Source: Cenarchaeum sp. (lineage in GTDB: Archaea; Thermoproteota; Nitrososphaeria; Nitrososphaerales; Nitrosopumilaceae). From it: DNA of 64,000 bases. A model generated the notes under the pieces. The model was not told where the DNA came from. It saw only the letters and a list, made by a program, of their open reading frames with translations, and searched no databases. A program made the translations under genes and the position numbers. Each line of letters begins with the position of its first letter. The stretch's first letter is position 1. The stretch covers positions 224,001 through 288,000 of the forward strand of contig OZ243037.1 in NCBI GenBank assembly GCA_965212015.1. Direction: 5' to 3'. Shown piece after piece: positions 60,301 to 64,000 of this stretch.

Positions 60301-63300
60301 TACTGTTACACTTCCAATCAAAGCACAATCGATAATAATGAGTGAGATTTTTAAAATAAAATCAAATCCAGAAGGCTATAATCTAACTGATTATGAAAAA
60401 AATAATTTGGAGGATGCGATTGAACCATATTGGACATTTGTTTCATATTTTACTGATTTACAAATTTTAGCAAAGTTTGAAAATTATTATTCTGAAAATA
60501 TCATTGATTATGTTTCTAAGTGGAGCTCGATAAAAATACCCAATTCTCATTCAAACGCATCTCCTAATTCTGTAAAACCAGGATTAAGGTTTTTTCCTAT
60601 CAAACTTGATCGTAATATAGAAATTTCTAAAATAATAGTTTATTGTACTAATTCTAACGGAAAAATCAAAATTGCATTATATAAAAATGGAGATCCAATA
60701 GGAAATATGATTCACAAATTTGACTATCAAAATTGTAAGATTGGCGAAAATTTGTTTGAATTACCCGATCTTTTTAGTATTAAAAATAATGAAAAAATCT
60801 GGATAGCAATAATTAATGATTCTGAAGACACAATTTTTGAAACAGTTTCTACAAATTATGGTTCTCTTGAAAGTGTAGGTAATGTTCATGAAGATTTTCC
60901 AGATATAATTGAAAATCTAGATAAATTTTCTGGAAATTCAATAAAACTAAGTCTTAATTCTTTTAGGCAATTGCATACAAAAAATAATATTCGATTATCC
61001 AGTGAGACTAAATCTGAAGATCTTGTTAGAAATCTAGACCGACTTAAATCTCGCATGGATGTAGATTCTCTACAAACATCACCAGTTTTTGGAACTGGAA
61101 TAGACATTGATCGTCTGGGTCTGATAGAAATAATGAATCAACCTAAAACAAATTCTGGTTATATCCAATCATCTGGTCGTGTAGGACGAACCAAGCCAGG
61201 ATTGGTGATTAATTGGCTCCGTGCTGGAAGGGCTAGAGATCTAAATCACTATGAAAATTTTATCGGCTATCACAGAATGTTACATAGATTCGTTGAGCCT
61301 GTAACTGCATCACCATTTTCTGATGAGGCAATGAAATTATGTCTTGGCCCAATAATAGTGGCAATTCTACGTAATGCTAGATCCGTCTTAGGTAATCCAA
61401 TCAATACTGGATGGGTTACAGATGCAGGAACGGTTAGAATGGATGAACATAGAAATGATCCGGAAATAATTGCCATTGAAAATATTTTGGAGCAAATTTC
61501 CTCATCAGAATTTATAGCAAAATTTAGAAGAATGCAGAAAATACATTTCAAGAATTTATTTAAAAAATCAAAAGGAAATTGGCATGAAATGGCAAAAGAT
61601 TTGAAGGATAACATCACACCATTATTTACATATGCAGAAAGAAGACCACATGTGACACCATCAAATAATGTGGTACTTGGAACTCCCAATCACACAGATT
61701 TAGGATTAGAAGTCGTGTATGAAGACACTCCAAACTCTTTACGACAAACTGAATCCACATCAACTTTTTTTAAATCAAGTGTAGATACCGTTCAAATTAG
61801 ACCATCACAATTCATAACAAGATATGGTCCGGGTACTCTGATATCTAGAAAAACATCCACTTGGGTAATTCCATCACTTGGAGAATTAGTCTCCAATCTA
61901 AACGGTATAGGAAATTTTGAAGAATCCGATACCTTGGGAAATCGAGAGCTCTATAAATATGAAGTAAAAGATTCAAGAATGAAACGTATCATACGTCGAT
62001 TTAATCCAAAAACAAATTGGGAAAAACTGAGATTTTTCTCCATGCCGACAAATTCTTCACTTACTATAGAAGACATCAAACCAGTATATCGTTGTAATGA
62101 ATTTCCACAATGGGCTATATGTCATAATAAATTACACCCTTCTAAAAAAATCCTATCTAAAACATCTTATGATAACCATATCTTGAGTGTCAAATGTCCA
62201 GAATGTGCTCGATTATCTAGCAATGCGTATAGTACTGAATTTTACAGTGTTCGATATGTACTGGCCTGCAAAAATGGCCACTTAGGAGATCTCAAATGGG
62301 AGTTTGAAATTCATCGATCGACGAATTCTAAATGTTCTGGGGATGTATTCGAATGGATTACATCTGAAAATAATGATAATGTGGAAATTATATGTTTAGG
62401 ACATTGGGATAAAAATAACAATTCTTTTATTTCTAGTAATTGTCATGCTCGCACTACATATTTTGATCTTAAAATAAAATCAAAAAATGGACAGCTTGAT
62501 TGTACTGCACAATTTGCCGAATCAGGTAATGATCCTAATGGATGTGATAGGATCAATGGAATATCACAAGCAAAAATGGTAAGCAAGACTCAGATGAGTA
62601 TAAGAATGCCAGTTATAATGACCACGATGGAAATTCAAAGATATAAAGGAATTCTTTTTGAACTCTATGAACCACTGATATTGGTAATTAAAACACTTTT
62701 TAAATCAACAAATTACACGAAGGAAGATTTTATAAAATATTTGGAAGAAGAAAAAGAAGATGGAACAAAGGGAATTACCAATAATATGATCAGACAAACT
62801 CGCACTGCAACAGATTCAGTTTTTTATGATGTAATTAAGGAAATTATAAAATTTGCTAGAACTAAAGACTCAAAACACGGATCATTATCGGAATATCAAT
62901 CATTAGAAGAAGAATTATTAAGCTTGGAAAATCAAACTCGTGATAATGGTACGGTTGTTCAAGTTGGGCCGGATGATCCTCCTACGGATATTCGATTTCC
63001 AATCTCATTTTCTGCTTCGGGAATAAATTTTGAAGCTATGCCATTTGGGGACATAAAAGTAACACAAATTCAATCTGGATATACTAGAGAAATTTCTCCA
63101 CCCATAATCGAAAATTCTCAAGAGCTCGCTGACGAACAAAACGATGGACGACGAATAGGTAATTTTGTTTCTTTTTCTGCAAAATTTACTGATGAAAATG
63201 ATAATACTTGGTATCTAGCAAATCAATTAAAAGGAGAAGGTATATTCATTCATCTTGATCCAGAACATCACAAAAATGCAATGGATATCTTTAATAATTT

Positions 63301-63844
63301 TAAATCAGAAGATTTTAAAAAATGGAAAAACATTCATGAACAGACAGTAGAAAAAAACACTCCTATACTTAAACAAATTCAAAATAAGGAAGACAAACAG
63401 AAAGATTTTGATGCATTGGAAATGGAAAATATTCTTACGAACCCTCTTTTTGTTTGGTGGCATTCTTTTGCACATGAATTAATCAATCAACTTGCGATTG
63501 ATTCAGGTTTTATGGGAGTATCATTAGGCGAGCGTGTATACTGTATACAAAAACATGAAGGACGTTATTCTGCTGGCATATTCATTTATGCTTCTAGCCC
63601 TGGTGCTGATGGCACACTTGGAGGACTTACTAGCCTAGTCGATAAAAACATTCTTCCCAAAATTATTGAAAAAACTCTAACAAAAATCAATAATTGTTCA
63701 AATGATCCAATATGTTCGGATAGAAGAATTAATGACAAGAGACGTACTGGAGCAGCATGTCATATTTGTTTGATGAATTCGGAAACATCTTGTTCATATA
63801 GGAATAGATTTCTTGATAGAAATTTGGTAATGAATACATTATGA
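57377..63844 (+). CDS. DISARM DrmA helicase - DrmB (DUF1998) fusion protein
   Basis: DrmA part: WFPTGGGKTEAYLG, RYTLRLLTIQQFQR, TVDKFA, QDELHLIEGPLGS, SSATI, YIQSSGRVGR, PNSLR. DrmB part: IRPSQFITRYGPG, ACKNGHLGD, GEGIF, HSFAHEL, DGTLGGL, CSNDPIC, AACHIC...SETSC...N.FLDR. Confidence 0.9.
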   Translation: MLIRTHLVKALYSDLLGPKGGNKERFEEPFLNYELGILNSSFSLKSDIEQIILDSEINSDPAEINYEELDSPKIENTQNSDNIRQDIDTELNLKSGALSLGLSFVVEGDNPKLKICGTWARYLQDKQINNTGRIFNRYPNFFVTEYDVKNSQSRIIKELKTGVDGSNITHPGVVLHIFKKEIKNTKWIIKIFLENKTKYDTEKNQTEKDRIFQPQIRVRLYNSKLVDLDSDHQFDHRNYDSDDLLYLNYRTKARGYLCAAVWDEIDPEKDQQSEIGKMTWPDSLSVPENIRNTFINPSVRTEYLPLYTILQPDQKNKSTFSASVLSESWNIEDIDDHLRSIPQNYNNWIESQKTILMKNKNLGLIDKKLKSIGDNNLQHCLDIKNRIDEGIDFLQTNEKARAAFCFMNVVMNDKRLYDENKSLDWKEFQMAFILQSLKGVSGVSEIDREVADVLWFPTGGGKTEAYLGIVIFAIAYRRLTSRGKLSNDGGVSVISRYTLRLLTIQQFQRALGALIAADIRRVENWLPKDAKGGSRKISDPYMLKRFEGGKLWGNQRFSIGMWIGSETTPKDFCYATGKKGKIFLNCEGALLPQWDKRRKFTSDRGGDPAQIQTCPVCKNILCLSKEQKSSGTKTLTWIINSPKSLDDLKNIPKKEFENSRMTLEKNPIFDFICDSSTDKHYYRLTMEISSKRSIDRQSVDLWWRSFVKPQLDPNIDNEPLESTAPSMPGYFFLQIPGSRRPHDFAIFCTHKECKLNNTKWFEKIEGKYNAIIPEPFQIIDSPGISRSVPISAFTSDEQIYFQCPSLLIATVDKFANLPFEPKCSSLFGNVDVVHPWYGYGRRITFETPIQQRSSNRRIQTEFSDLKDIAGFNPPSLILQDELHLIEGPLGSMVGIYEMAVDVLSNDGTRPKYIASSATIKESKSQVGTIFRRDVNVFPPLGINSSDNYFSEIKEDIGCVGNNAGRLYLGISSTKSTVTLPIKAQSIIMSEIFKIKSNPEGYNLTDYEKNNLEDAIEPYWTFVSYFTDLQILAKFENYYSENIIDYVSKWSSIKIPNSHSNASPNSVKPGLRFFPIKLDRNIEISKIIVYCTNSNGKIKIALYKNGDPIGNMIHKFDYQNCKIGENLFELPDLFSIKNNEKIWIAIINDSEDTIFETVSTNYGSLESVGNVHEDFPDIIENLDKFSGNSIKLSLNSFRQLHTKNNIRLSSETKSEDLVRNLDRLKSRMDVDSLQTSPVFGTGIDIDRLGLIEIMNQPKTNSGYIQSSGRVGRTKPGLVINWLRAGRARDLNHYENFIGYHRMLHRFVEPVTASPFSDEAMKLCLGPIIVAILRNARSVLGNPINTGWVTDAGTVRMDEHRNDPEIIAIENILEQISSSEFIAKFRRMQKIHFKNLFKKSKGNWHEMAKDLKDNITPLFTYAERRPHVTPSNNVVLGTPNHTDLGLEVVYEDTPNSLRQTESTSTFFKSSVDTVQIRPSQFITRYGPGTLISRKTSTWVIPSLGELVSNLNGIGNFEESDTLGNRELYKYEVKDSRMKRIIRRFNPKTNWEKLRFFSMPTNSSLTIEDIKPVYRCNEFPQWAICHNKLHPSKKILSKTSYDNHILSVKCPECARLSSNAYSTEFYSVRYVLACKNGHLGDLKWEFEIHRSTNSKCSGDVFEWITSENNDNVEIICLGHWDKNNNSFISSNCHARTTYFDLKIKSKNGQLDCTAQFAESGNDPNGCDRINGISQAKMVSKTQMSIRMPVIMTTMEIQRYKGILFELYEPLILVIKTLFKSTNYTKEDFIKYLEEEKEDGTKGITNNMIRQTRTATDSVFYDVIKEIIKFARTKDSKHGSLSEYQSLEEELLSLENQTRDNGTVVQVGPDDPPTDIRFPISFSASGINFEAMPFGDIKVTQIQSGYTREISPPIIENSQELADEQNDGRRIGNFVSFSAKFTDENDNTWYLANQLKGEGIFIHLDPEHHKNAMDIFNNFKSEDFKKWKNIHEQTVEKNTPILKQIQNKEDKQKDFDALEMENILTNPLFVWWHSFAHELINQLAIDSGFMGVSLGERVYCIQKHEGRYSAGIFIYASSPGADGTLGGLTSLVDKNILPKIIEKTLTKINNCSNDPICSDRRINDKRRTGAACHICLMNSETSCSYRNRFLDRNLVMNTL

Positions 63845-64000
63845 ATTCATATTCTTTAGGCAATATTGAATCTATTGGAGCTTCAGGAAAAGCTTGGGTC
63901 GGATTTCATGCCGTTGATTTAGCAGATATGTTTTTTGAAGTACTTCGTTCTGCTAAAAAATCAATACAAATCTCTTCATTCTCCACAGGATATCAAAGTA
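63841..64000 (+). CDS. Probable phospholipase D-family nuclease (DrmC-like), truncated by window end
   Basis: ATGA overlap with the drmAB stop. MNSYSLGN...FFEVLRSAKKSIQISSFST resembles the PLD N-terminal strand. The HKD motif is outside the window. Confidence 0.6.
   Translation, partial: MNSYSLGNIESIGASGKAWVGFHAVDLADMFFEVLRSAKKSIQISSFSTGYQS

Overview
Archaeal chromosome segment. The gene content (CdvA, long ThyX, archaeal ribosomal proteins, EF-1beta, proteasome beta, CDC48) points to Nitrososphaerota/Thaumarchaeota, Nitrosopumilaceae-like; a host-associated lineage is possible but only inferred. There are three zones. (1) 1-11.6 kb is an accessory region ending at the 3' end of tRNA-Val(CAC), which carries a non-canonical 44/45 intron. 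It holds two paralogous HYR/FG-GAP surface proteins, an array of AT-rich palindromes directly upstream of a highly basic AT-hook-like (GRP-repeat) protein, a CAP-domain protein, and an IS630 element inserted into an identical copy of itself. (2) 11.7-52.3 kb is core genome (sucCD, ileS, folD, hemAB, purC, rpl3-rpl6 ribosomal cluster, cdvA, thyX, hom, psmB, cdc48). It also contains a 20-bp tandem operator-like array, a dispersed 22-bp palindrome, an unannotated 34-aa 9-Cys peptide and a three-repeat orphan protein. (3) 52.7-64 kb is an AT-rich defence island: DUF2075 helicase, an EcoO109I-like type II RM pair with a C5 methyltransferase, and a 2155-aa DISARM DrmA-DrmB fusion with inserted domains, coupled to a probable PLD (DrmC) gene that runs off the window. 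The best candidates for new biology are the fused DISARM-like system and the palindrome-array/AT-hook protein module. All calls come from motif recognition by eye; no database searches were run.
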